DNA of 64,000 nt from a virus. Both the position numbers and the translations under genes were made by a program. The notes beneath the pieces are model-generated. The model made no database searches, had not been told where the DNA came from, and worked only from the letters and a program-made list of their open reading frames with translations. This document shows positions 40,408 through 49,196 of the stretch, one piece after another; the stretch's first letter is position 1, and every line of letters starts with the position of its first letter. The stretch spans positions 1 to 64,000 of the IMG/VR virus record IMGVR_UViG_3300009151_009564, one strand, 5' to 3'.

Positions 40408-40642
40408 CTATAATAGTATTTATCTTTTCGTCACGCCTACGCTTGATACAATAATCTTTAAGATTCTCACTATATTGCCAATCTACATCTATATCAGGAT
40501 AAATTCTTATTATTTCTATCTCTTTTTCTCTGAGTTTAGCAGCTTCTTTATACCTCTGACTTTTAACTGATTCACGTTTTTTCAACTTTAGAAAAAGATA
40601 GTACTCAATAGTTTCTAAAGGTATTTTATCCAAATTATTCAC
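40397..40642 (-). CDS. UVR-motif protein with RD-tag
   Basis: KRESVKSQRYKEAAKLREKE; C-terminal RDEKINTII. Confidence 0.75.
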   Translation of the reverse strand: MNNLDKIPLETIEYYLFLKLKKRESVKSQRYKEAAKLREKEIEIIRIYPDIDVDWQYSENLKDYCIKRRRDEKINTIIDEN

Positions 40643-40973
40643 TTATAATAGTATTTATTTGACGTTCCCGAATAGTTTCTAATAGATCTTTCATTTCATG
40701 AAGTCTTAAATTAATTGGTAGTCCATTTTTCTCATAGATCATTTTTTCTTTATCACGTAACTCTGCAGCTTTTTGAAACTGCATTTCTTTAACACATTTA
40801 TTCTTTTCCAAATAAATATCACGAATTTCCTGTAAAGTAGTAATAGGTACTTTACACAACATATCTAGTATGTCTTCTTCATTCATCTTAGAAGAATCTT
40901 CTAAAAGATTTGGTGGAGAAATAGTGAGTGAATATGTAAGACCTGAGATATTTATAGTTGTTGTTTTACTCAT
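40635..40973 (-). CDS. UVR-motif protein with RD-tag
   Basis: KNKCVKEMQFQKAAELRDKE; C-terminal RERQINTII. Confidence 0.75.
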   Translation of the reverse strand: MSKTTTINISGLTYSLTISPPNLLEDSSKMNEEDILDMLCKVPITTLQEIRDIYLEKNKCVKEMQFQKAAELRDKEKMIYEKNGLPINLRLHEMKDLLETIRERQINTIISE

Positions 40974-41025
40974 ATAATAATCTATTTAATTTAATTTAGA
41001 CTTATAAATTTATCTATTATTTCCA

Positions 41026-43005
41026 TTATTGAAAAAGTGTTTCTAATCTTAAATCTCTACCTTCAGTAGTTACATATTCATTGATAGTAGTGAATACTTC
41101 TTTGTTAATATTCAATATTCTATCAAATAACTCCTGATTTAAAATAGCGTGATGTACTACAAATATATTAATATTATAATCATTAGCAAAAGATTTTAAC
41201 AAATTAAGTATATCTTCACATCCCTCAATATCTATGGAAGAAAAAATCTCATCCAAGAAGAGTATATTAATATGTTTCTTTGTCCTTATTAATTTTAGGT
41301 ATGCAATGAGTATAGATATGTTTATTTTCTTTGTTTCTCCGCAACTTAATGTATCATGATCCACTATATTTCCAAAGTTCTTAATCTGAGCCGTAAATGT
41401 TTCATCCAATTCCACTTGAAATGGTAACCTCATTTTCTTAATATTCTCACTAATAAAGAAGTTAATAGGTTTAATAATACCAGATATAATACTACGTTTA
41501 ACACCATCTTCTCCAAAGACTTTAGTTAACTCTTTATAATAAACTTCTTTTTCCTTACAAACAGTTGAATAATCAATACTAATAGACTTCTTTTCACTTA
41601 GTTCTTTAATGGTATCTTCAAACTCAGACATATCAACTGACTTACCCGATTCTCTATCTTTTTGAGTTTGTAACTTCTCAAGTTGGGATTTATAACTCTT
41701 TAATAAGTAAGTAATATCATTAAAAGCTTTATTAGTCTTATCAGACATTTCTTGAAGCTTTGCTTGTTTCTCTCTAATAGATTTAATAGTAGTCTCTATT
41801 TCGGTTCTAATACCTTCTAATGACTTCTTTTTTTCCAATAAGACATCTTTTAGATTATGAAAGTGATCGTTGTCAAAATCAGTGCCACAAGTAGGACATT
41901 TACCAGAATCATAAAGATCAATATCTTTTTGAGCAGACTTAATCTCACCATTTATAGTAATAAACTGTTCTCTTTCCTTATCCATTTCAGATTTAAGTTC
42001 AGATTCCTTTTGTTTTATCTTTTCAACTCTTTCCTTCAAAGCTTGATATTCATCTTTCTTAGACTCCATATCCGTCTTAATTTGATCGATCTCGGATTGG
42101 ATATTTAACTTTTCTTTTTCAAGAGCTTTTTCGATAGACCTTCTTATAGATTCAATAGAGTCATCTAATGTAGATATTTCTGAATCGTATTTAGTCATTT
42201 GTATCTTATTAGCTTTAGCTAAGTCTTTTAGTATCTGGTTTAAGATATTAATAACTTCAAGATTAAATAACTTATCTAATAACAGTTGTTTCTCCTCATT
42301 AGATAAGCTAATAAAGTTTTTGAAGTCATTAATAGACATAGATATAAAAGATTTGAAGGTTTCAATATCCATTCCAATATAGTTTTCAATCTTTTCATCT
42401 ATATTAGCTTTACCCGCCCTATCATTTTCAATTCCGTTTTCGATTAACTTGAGTGTACTTGGATTAATACCACGCACAACTTCCACCTCACTTCCATTGG
42501 ATTTGAATTTGATTTTATTTTGTAACTCGTTATTAATACGATTAGGTAGAGTAGATAGAGTAGCCCACTTTTTCTTCTTCATTGACTTTACGCGCCCGTA
42601 AAGTACATACTCAAAACTTTCAATAAAAGATGAGTTATGACTTACTATACCATTAGAATAATATTCTTCTCCATCCACTTCTATATCCCATAGATCCTCT
42701 ATGTTCGGGTCATGATTTATAGAATTTAATTTTTGATATCCATCTTTTGTTAAAATTTTGTCACCTATATTTAAATCTTCCAAAAAAGTCCAACTATTGT
42801 TTCTAATTACTCTATGTGTTGGTGATCCAGTTATTTCAAATTTTTCTGTTTTAATATTTATCTTACATGAATTCGGAGATGTTATTCCGATATTTTTAAT
42901 CGACTTATATCCATTTTTTGTATCTACTTCAACATTATATTTTTTTAAAATACTAAATTTAGATTGTAAGTTATTTAACTCATTAAGTGATATTTTCAAT
43001 TTCAT
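41026..43005 (-). CDS. sbcC: gp46/SbcC-like recombination ATPase, C-terminal part fused to the C-intein
   Basis: After SHN|S: coiled coil, CPTC zinc hook, LSCGE signature, ILFLDEIF Walker B, VVHH. Confidence 0.92.
   Translation of the reverse strand: MKLKISLNELNNLQSKFSILKKYNVEVDTKNGYKSIKNIGITSPNSCKINIKTEKFEITGSPTHRVIRNNSWTFLEDLNIGDKILTKDGYQKLNSINHDPNIEDLWDIEVDGEEYYSNGIVSHNSSFIESFEYVLYGRVKSMKKKKWATLSTLPNRINNELQNKIKFKSNGSEVEVVRGINPSTLKLIENGIENDRAGKANIDEKIENYIGMDIETFKSFISMSINDFKNFISLSNEEKQLLLDKLFNLEVINILNQILKDLAKANKIQMTKYDSEISTLDDSIESIRRSIEKALEKEKLNIQSEIDQIKTDMESKKDEYQALKERVEKIKQKESELKSEMDKEREQFITINGEIKSAQKDIDLYDSGKCPTCGTDFDNDHFHNLKDVLLEKKKSLEGIRTEIETTIKSIREKQAKLQEMSDKTNKAFNDITYLLKSYKSQLEKLQTQKDRESGKSVDMSEFEDTIKELSEKKSISIDYSTVCKEKEVYYKELTKVFGEDGVKRSIISGIIKPINFFISENIKKMRLPFQVELDETFTAQIKNFGNIVDHDTLSCGETKKINISILIAYLKLIRTKKHINILFLDEIFSSIDIEGCEDILNLLKSFANDYNINIFVVHHAILNQELFDRILNINKEVFTTINEYVTTEGRDLRLETLFQ
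42634..43005 (-). mobile_element. split intein, C-fragment (124 aa)
   Basis: Block B GSPTHR, block F LWDIEV, block G NGIVSHN followed by Ser+1. Confidence 0.88.
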
Positions 43006-44542
43006 TTTTCAAATAATTTTTAATTTCTTCTACCGAAGAAGAATATATATGTTTAAGATTACCACTAACACATAAGGTTTTCTTTCTTTTATACTTGTTC
43101 TTATATTCAATGTTGTTGAACATTCCCATATATTCTACATAGCAATCTAATATTGGTATAAAAAAATCACATTTGTAATTTGAATTAGGATATTTTTTTT
43201 CATATTTGTATTCAATATTATTTTCAACTAAAAATCTAGCTATTATAAACTCAGAATCACTTCTACAAAGATGATTATTAAAATATCTCATATTTCCATA
43301 TTTTGATTTTATATAAATAGAAAGGGACATTAAATAATTAAGCATGTCTTCTATAGTACAATTATAGTATGTTTGTATAATTTTATTTTGAATCTTCAAT
43401 GTTATTTCGGTAATGGAAAGGTTTTTACTAACTAAGAAATCTACCAATTGTGTATATGTGTTAAATTTTAACATATCATAAATCTCATTTTTATCTTTAA
43501 ATGAGGTTTCTTCAATAAATTTTGATGGCCAATCTTCTCCATATTTATGGATATAATAGTCAATACTATTTCCTTTTTTATAGAATGGAAATTTCGATAT
43601 TAGATATTTATGTAGATCAATATATTCGATATTGTAAAACTCAGGAATTAATCTATTATGAATTTTAAGAAAAATATCACCAAATGAATATTTCTTATTG
43701 ATTAAATAATCGATCAAATCCATATAATTTTTAAATTTGAGTAAAAATTTAACAAATTCTTTATTCTTTATAGATTGACAATCTATAAATTTTTCTACCC
43801 AATTATCCCCATAATTTTTTTTAAAGTAATCTATAGATTTAGAGTCCTTACCATCTTTACCATTGTAATTAGATTTATATAGAGATTGTAACCATTTTTC
43901 TTGTCTATTTCTCCAGACTATTAACCCTTGTTCTTTTCCATACTTAGAAACACATTTTTCTAAAGAAAATGTGTGTTGTCGTTCAGATAGTTTATTTTTT
44001 GCTTCTTCGATCGAAAATCCAGAACTTAACCAATATTCAATATTTGTAGGTTGTTTTGATTTGATTATATTTCTAAACTTTTCATCTTCTCGATATTTAA
44101 CACCGCGTTTGAAGCTATTTTCAGATTGAAATTCTTTTATTTTAAGATTTGATTCTTCAACAGAAAAACCCCTCGAAGTCCAATATTCCAAATTTGTTTT
44201 TCTTTGGGATTTTATTTTTTTATTTGCCTCTTCTATAGAAAATCCTTTTGATACCCAATACTCTATTCTCATAGGTGATTTATTACCAACAATTGGTTTA
44301 GTTCTTTTTAGTTCAGCTTCATATTCATCCCAACCCCTAGCTATCCAATAATTTATTGATGATTTACCTATTTTAGGCATATTAATTTTCGATTTCATTA
44401 ATCTTATAAAAACAAATTTACCAACCGTAAAATCATCTTCAACAAACATGGAATTATAGAAATATATTTTTGATGGGTGGAACTCCATCAAGTAATTTTC
44501 CAATTGCTTTTTATTTATCTCTATATTTGATATATTCTTCAT
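42983..44542 (-). CDS. free-standing homing endonuclease between the split-intein halves
   Basis: EYWxSxGFSxEE repeats; C-terminal SDSEFII...YKYEKKY...CDFFIP...VEYMG PD-(D/E)xK/Vsr-like domain. Confidence 0.8.
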   Translation of the reverse strand: MKNISNIEINKKQLENYLMEFHPSKIYFYNSMFVEDDFTVGKFVFIRLMKSKINMPKIGKSSINYWIARGWDEYEAELKRTKPIVGNKSPMRIEYWVSKGFSIEEANKKIKSQRKTNLEYWTSRGFSVEESNLKIKEFQSENSFKRGVKYREDEKFRNIIKSKQPTNIEYWLSSGFSIEEAKNKLSERQHTFSLEKCVSKYGKEQGLIVWRNRQEKWLQSLYKSNYNGKDGKDSKSIDYFKKNYGDNWVEKFIDCQSIKNKEFVKFLLKFKNYMDLIDYLINKKYSFGDIFLKIHNRLIPEFYNIEYIDLHKYLISKFPFYKKGNSIDYYIHKYGEDWPSKFIEETSFKDKNEIYDMLKFNTYTQLVDFLVSKNLSITEITLKIQNKIIQTYYNCTIEDMLNYLMSLSIYIKSKYGNMRYFNNHLCRSDSEFIIARFLVENNIEYKYEKKYPNSNYKCDFFIPILDCYVEYMGMFNNIEYKNKYKRKKTLCVSGNLKHIYSSSVEEIKNYLKNEIENIT

Positions 44543-44804
44543 ATAATTTTATGTTTTTTTCTTTTATATATAAAATATATGAACTTTCCTCTCCCATTAC
44601 TTCCAAAAAATATAAAAGATCTTGTAGAGTAAATAATTCTATTGGAATATTAACCTCTATTGTGGTCGATGGGATTAAGCTTTTACCATTACCATTAGAT
44701 CCGGTTAAAAGAATAAGTTCTCCCTTTTCAGTGTTTAGTTTAATGGTTTGTTCGTTATTTCCAAAGGATTTAAACCCTTTAATAGTTATTTCATTGATTA
44801 ACAT
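44511..44804 (-). CDS. sbcC: gp46/SbcC N-terminal part (41 aa) fused to the N-intein
   Basis: ITIKGFKSFGN...LLTGSNGNGK, then SLIPSTTIEV (intein block A). Confidence 0.9.
   Translation of the reverse strand: MLINEITIKGFKSFGNNEQTIKLNTEKGELILLTGSNGNGKSLIPSTTIEVNIPIELFTLQDLLYFLEVMGEESSYILYIKEKNIKLYEEYIKYRDK
44514..44681 (-). mobile_element. split intein, N-fragment (56 aa, Ser1)
   Basis: Begins directly after the Walker A Lys with SLIPSTTIEV; only block A is recognisable. Confidence 0.8.
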
Positions 44805-45343
44805 TTATCATCATTATTTTCATTGTTTAGAAGTTCTTCTAAATTAGATTCTCTGGATAGTTTAGTAGATATACATATTTCATCAATCTCATTAAGAAAA
44901 GCTTCCCTATGTGACTCTTGTTTAATAGAATTTAAAAAAGGACTAAGTCTATCAAACATTTTATCGTCATTATATGATAGTGGATGTTTAACTGGAGTGT
45001 TTCCAAGTGTGAACATTCCACTTGAGTTATATCGATTTATTCTAAATCCTTTTTTATGGATTATAATATCTATTGTATCATTGCCTATGTGTCCAGTAAT
45101 GGTCATCCTTTCCGATGAAGTAGATGTGGTAAACTTATCGGTTGCTTTACCAGCTCTAATAGCAAACTTATAGAAGTTCTCAGATATTTCTTCATCATAA
45201 TAACTCATAGGATCTTCATATGTAGTAGGGTTAGAGACTGTCAGGTATTTATTACTGGTGGTATAGGGTGAGGTATTTTCTGTACTTTTATTGTACTCAC
45301 TGATTGTTTCTTCGATTATTTTCTTTAATTTACTTTTTTTCAT
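44798..45343 (-). CDS. hypothetical protein with RD-tag (RESNLEELL)
   Basis: 181 aa, overlaps the gp46 start. Confidence 0.75.
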   Translation of the reverse strand: MKKSKLKKIIEETISEYNKSTENTSPYTTSNKYLTVSNPTTYEDPMSYYDEEISENFYKFAIRAGKATDKFTTSTSSERMTITGHIGNDTIDIIIHKKGFRINRYNSSGMFTLGNTPVKHPLSYNDDKMFDRLSPFLNSIKQESHREAFLNEIDEICISTKLSRESNLEELLNNENNDDKC

Positions 45344-45375
45344 AATACTTATATCTATTTTTAATATATAGTTTT

Positions 45376-45714
45376 ATGAGAATAAAGAGGTTTAATGAGT
45401 CAAGAAAAGCTACGAAAGTAAATCAAGTTTCCTTTATGGATAAGAAAAGAAATCACATAATGGATGATTTCCTTTCTGTTGAAAGGAAAAAGATTATTGA
45501 AATTTTAATGGATAGAAAGAAAAGACAATATATTCGTTGGTCTTTTAATTCCGATTTTCTCGAAATATGGACTGATAATAACTCCACCGAAGTGGTGAAG
45601 TTAGACGACCTATGGTTTACTGTAATAAGGACAGATAAATGGGGGCAAAATGATTACTTTATCTGTGATGATGAAACCGAGTTATATGACTTTTTGAAGA
45701 ATGAATACTTATAG
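45376..45714 (+). CDS. hypothetical protein, family shared with 23707-24180
   Basis: Starts MRIKRFNES; KLDDLWFTV...FICDDETELYDFL; TAATATATA 5 nt upstream. Confidence 0.75.
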   Translation: MRIKRFNESRKATKVNQVSFMDKKRNHIMDDFLSVERKKIIEILMDRKKRQYIRWSFNSDFLEIWTDNNSTEVVKLDDLWFTVIRTDKWGQNDYFICDDETELYDFLKNEYL

Positions 45715-46773
45715 GTTACAATTTTTTATTGTATTATAATTTTTATCTATTATGAATAAAAAATTATAACCATTTAATTTTGAATATTTTTCTTTGGCTA
45801 AATTTTTGTCTAAATCAACACTGTATGTATAATTAGATTTAACCTCAATTATCAAATTATATTTTTCTATATAAAAATCTGCATGATAAACATGTTTTTT
45901 ACCATTTAATTCATATTCTAATGAAGGACCATTTGAAACTAAATCTATAATATTACTTTCTTGACAATAATTCAAAAAATCTAATTCATATGTTCCCTGA
46001 CTAAATAATTCTTCATTATAATAGGTTATCTTATAAGCCGATAATAACATCTTTTCAAAAATCTCTTTTCTTTGCATTGGATGTTCCACACCATATTTTT
46101 CCAAATAGTTCTCTTTATATGCAATGATTTGTTTATTGGATATTTCTTTATTCTGACTAGGATTTTTAACACCATAGTTTTTAAAACAAGTCTCTTCTTT
46201 CTTCTTTTTTATATCTAATAATTTTGAAACATTATTAACACCATATTTGAATAATAAATCCTCATACATTTTATTTTTTATAACATCTGATTGTAAAGGA
46301 AACTCAAATCCATATTTATTTAACATACCGTTTTTAACTTTATCTCTTAATTTAAGACCGTTTTTAACACCGTAATTTTTTAAACATGTTTCTATTTTTT
46401 TATCTTTTATACTTTGTGATTTAGAAGGATTATCAACACCATAATTTTTAATAAAAGTTTGTTTCTTTTTTTCTTGCCAATTTGAATTTAAAGATAAATT
46501 ATTTTTCTTCATCATTTCGGTTCTTTTTAATAATCCACATTCCTTACATGAATAAAAACTATTTCTTTTAATATTTTTTACATATTTAGCATATTGAATA
46601 TTATATTCATTTTTACATAAATCACAAATAACATCTATTTTTTGGTTTGATACCTCTTTTAAATCTACAATTTTAAATTCAACCTCTTTTTTACTTAAAT
46701 CATATCCTAAATTGGAATAATTTTGTTTTAAACCTGACGATACTTTTAATTTTATTGTTTCATTTTTTATCAT
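45709..46773 (-). CDS. putative homing endonuclease (KYGVxNPS repeats plus PD-(D/E)xK)
   Basis: CDLC...CKEC, six or so (K/N)YG(V/F) repeats, YHADFY...IIEVKS; start at 46773, 4 nt after TAATATATA. Confidence 0.8.
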   Translation of the reverse strand: MIKNETIKLKVSSGLKQNYSNLGYDLSKKEVEFKIVDLKEVSNQKIDVICDLCKNEYNIQYAKYVKNIKRNSFYSCKECGLLKRTEMMKKNNLSLNSNWQEKKKQTFIKNYGVDNPSKSQSIKDKKIETCLKNYGVKNGLKLRDKVKNGMLNKYGFEFPLQSDVIKNKMYEDLLFKYGVNNVSKLLDIKKKKEETCFKNYGVKNPSQNKEISNKQIIAYKENYLEKYGVEHPMQRKEIFEKMLLSAYKITYYNEELFSQGTYELDFLNYCQESNIIDLVSNGPSLEYELNGKKHVYHADFYIEKYNLIIEVKSNYTYSVDLDKNLAKEKYSKLNGYNFLFIIDKNYNTIKNCNL

Positions 46774-46783
46774 AAAGTATATA

Positions 46784-47479
46784 TTAAAAGTTCCAACTCC
46801 TGTCGAGGATATTATACAAAATCCTTGCATCATTTATATCTTCAAATGGCTTAGGGACTTTCGAGAGCGACATTATATCAGATTTTAAATTTCTACATAA
46901 GTTAACCCACTCGTCTACTAGTTCATCATTATCAACTATTGCTAAAAACATCTCTCTCTTTGTAAAGTTACCACCAGCAACCCCATCATTATTTTTATAA
47001 ACCCACTTTTCTTTCTTCTTACCTATGTTAATTGGTTTGTAAGTAAGTTTACAAGCTTCTTGTTTTAGTGAAGAAGGTGATAAAACTAATATGTCTTTAG
47101 TAACATAATCCCATAACTTCTTTCTTAATAAAGTTGAAAATGCCACCAAATCTATTAGATCTCCAGCAGAAGAACCAAAAGAAAATCCTTCAATACCGAC
47201 TTTAGTTTCTTGATCCTTATCTATATTTTCTAATATATCACTGATAATCATATCAGTGATTAAGTCATAATCTTTTAATTTAGTTAGTTCACCTTCTGAA
47301 TAGTTTTCAAAATGACGGTAAGTAATATATCTTAACTCCATTTTTCCTTCACAAAGTTTAAACCATTTACTAAGTCCACTTTTATTATTTGCGTCACTTT
47401 CACGACAATAGTTAAAAATTTTACCATTTACTACTAAACCAGTTGAGATTAAACTGGGATCTATTCCTATTATATTCAT
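46784..47479 (-). CDS. RuvC-like Holliday junction resolvase (RNase H fold)
   Basis: IIGIDPSLISTG, IEGFSF, PSSLK, DINDA. Confidence 0.75.
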   Translation of the reverse strand: MNIIGIDPSLISTGLVVNGKIFNYCRESDANNKSGLSKWFKLCEGKMELRYITYRHFENYSEGELTKLKDYDLITDMIISDILENIDKDQETKVGIEGFSFGSSAGDLIDLVAFSTLLRKKLWDYVTKDILVLSPSSLKQEACKLTYKPINIGKKKEKWVYKNNDGVAGGNFTKREMFLAIVDNDELVDEWVNLCRNLKSDIMSLSKVPKPFEDINDARILYNILDRSWNF

Positions 47480-47536
47480 AATAGTATCTATTTAAAATTT
47501 GTTTTCTCCTTTCAAATATTTTACATATTTTTGTAT

Positions 47537-47710
47537 ATGGATTGGATTGAACGTAAGAAAATACGAACTGAAAAGTATCAGAAAAATCACGGAAAAAAAC
47601 TAATCAAATGTATAGCCTGTAATGGCAGTGGTTATTATGATACAACAATTAATGGTAAAATTCCAAAGTGTTCTTCCTGTATGGGAACGGGTTTGGAGAG
47701 GGAAAAATAA
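47537..47710 (+). CDS. small DnaJ-type zinc-finger protein (57 aa, not in the track)
   Basis: CIACNGSG...CSSCMGTG; TATTTTTG 3 nt upstream. Confidence 0.7.
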   Translation: MDWIERKKIRTEKYQKNHGKKLIKCIACNGSGYYDTTINGKIPKCSSCMGTGLEREK

Positions 47711-47761
47711 TTTTATTATTTACCAAAATTGTCGTATCTTTGTGTAACAAAACAATCAAAT

Positions 47762-48220
47762 ATGAGCGGTATTATAAAACACGAAATGGGTCTTAAATTT
47801 ATCTTTGGTGGTAAGTCATTTGTTACGTTTCTTAATACCAACACTTCAAACCGTTTCACATATAAAGTTGTTAAACACAAGACTGACGACATTTACTTTA
47901 TCAATGTTTTAACAAGTCCAGATACATATACCTTTTTTGGTACATATAGGAACGGACAGTTTAAACACTCCCCTAAAGCTAGAATAAGTGCGGAAGCTCA
48001 GTCGGTTAAAGTATTTCAGTTTGTTATTGCTAAGTTAGCAACAAACACATTAAGTAACTTGATTGAAATCTACCACGATGGTCGTTGTGGTAAATGTGGT
48101 AAACAACTGACTGTACCGGAATCAGTAGAAACCGGGTTCGGACCAGAATGTTACAAACGTATTGCTTCTAAACAAGATATTCGTGACTCAAAACTCACAC
48201 AACTATTAAAAGGAATGTAA
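47762..48220 (+). CDS. zinc-ribbon (DUF6011-like) protein with RD-tag
   Basis: CGKCGKQLTVPESVETGFGPEC; RDSKLTQLL; start moved to 47762 (TATCTTTG at 47735-47742). Confidence 0.75.
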   Translation: MSGIIKHEMGLKFIFGGKSFVTFLNTNTSNRFTYKVVKHKTDDIYFINVLTSPDTYTFFGTYRNGQFKHSPKARISAEAQSVKVFQFVIAKLATNTLSNLIEIYHDGRCGKCGKQLTVPESVETGFGPECYKRIASKQDIRDSKLTQLLKGM

Positions 48221-48221
48221 A

Positions 48222-48473
48222 ATGATAAACACAATAATTTATCTACTCACTATTGTAGGAGTATTTTTCAGTATTCGATTTTTTATTAAGCTAATCAAGA
48301 ATGAAAAAATGGCTAATGTATTTCGCCAAAATCTCCGGAAAGGAGACAAAGTTACCTTTCATGTGATGCGATCTCAAAGACCAGAAGGAGAGATTCTAGA
48401 TCTAGATCCACTTGGTGATGGACAATTTGTTAAGATAACTACTGTTGTGCCTAAACGATTTATATATCCATGA
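48222..48473 (+). CDS. small membrane protein, YajC-like
   Basis: N-terminal TM helix then FRQNLRKGDKVTF...GEIL. Confidence 0.5.
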   Translation: MINTIIYLLTIVGVFFSIRFFIKLIKNEKMANVFRQNLRKGDKVTFHVMRSQRPEGEILDLDPLGDGQFVKITTVVPKRFIYP

Positions 48474-48949
48474 TTATTCCTATGATAATTCAGTTTTTTA
48501 CTTTAGGTAGTTTCTATTTTATTTTCAGGTATATGAGAATGATGAAGAAACGTGATTTTATTCAAGGATCCCTAGAAAAGGGATTAATATGTTATCATTG
48601 TAATGAAGATATATTTGATACAAGTGATGACCCACAAAGAGCAATAAATCTTTGGGAGAAAGAAGGTATAAATAGGGAATTATGTGTTCCATGTAAAAGA
48701 GATGAATCGTTAAATAACCTTTTGAATAAAAAGAGTATTAGATCGATTGTGGAAGATTTATCTACATCCAAAAACTATAAAAAGATATATTTCCCTCTAC
48801 TGTTTGGTTCTATGGTTTTTAACATACTTGGTGTTCTTATCAAGATTCCAATACTTGGATTGATGGGATCTATATTTTTATTTTCAGGACAGTGGTTCTT
48901 CTATATAAGAACACTTAGAACAACAAGGGAAAAAAAGACCCAATCATAA
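48470..48949 (+). CDS. membrane protein with CxxC...CxxC and internal RD-tag
   Basis: Three hydrophobic segments; CYHC, CVPC, RDESLNNLL. Confidence 0.7.
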   Translation: MIIPMIIQFFTLGSFYFIFRYMRMMKKRDFIQGSLEKGLICYHCNEDIFDTSDDPQRAINLWEKEGINRELCVPCKRDESLNNLLNKKSIRSIVEDLSTSKNYKKIYFPLLFGSMVFNILGVLIKIPILGLMGSIFLFSGQWFFYIRTLRTTREKKTQS

Positions 48950-48966
48950 TCTTGATTGGGTCTTTT
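48933..48966. terminator. bidirectional intrinsic terminator
   Basis: AAAAGACCCAATCA-TAATCT-TGATTGGGTCTTTT at a convergent junction. Confidence 0.8.
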
Positions 48967-49153
48967 CAATTTGTTCCAAAACTCCTCGTTTAAACAGTTC
49001 TTCTAGGACAGACTCACACGTATAAGGTTTGTCTATATAGAACTCTATATTATCAACTATATTGTTGATACCAGCCTTATATAAAATCTCTACATTAAAT
49101 CTCTTAGTATCAAGATTTCTTTCCCTTAAAATGTTTAAAATTCGTTGTTTCAT
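48944..49153 (-). CDS. small hypothetical protein
   Basis: 69 aa ORF downstream of recA. Confidence 0.55.
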   Translation of the reverse strand: MKQRILNILRERNLDTKRFNVEILYKAGINNIVDNIEFYIDKPYTCESVLEELFKRGVLEQIEKTQSRL

Positions 49154-49196
49154 GGTCTAAAGATTGTTTGATTTATTGTATATTATTTTTTATTTA

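Noticed and set aside
42983-44542. Group I intron interrupting gp46
   Set aside because: The insert is fully coding and overlaps both flanks, leaving no room for a ribozyme core. Intein blocks on both sides explain the break.
18685-47761. Longer starts given by the track (18711, 22534, 46833, 47729)
   Set aside because: The extensions run across promoter motifs or neighbouring genes. The downstream ATGs (18684, 22600, 46773, 47762) fit family N-termini and motif spacing.
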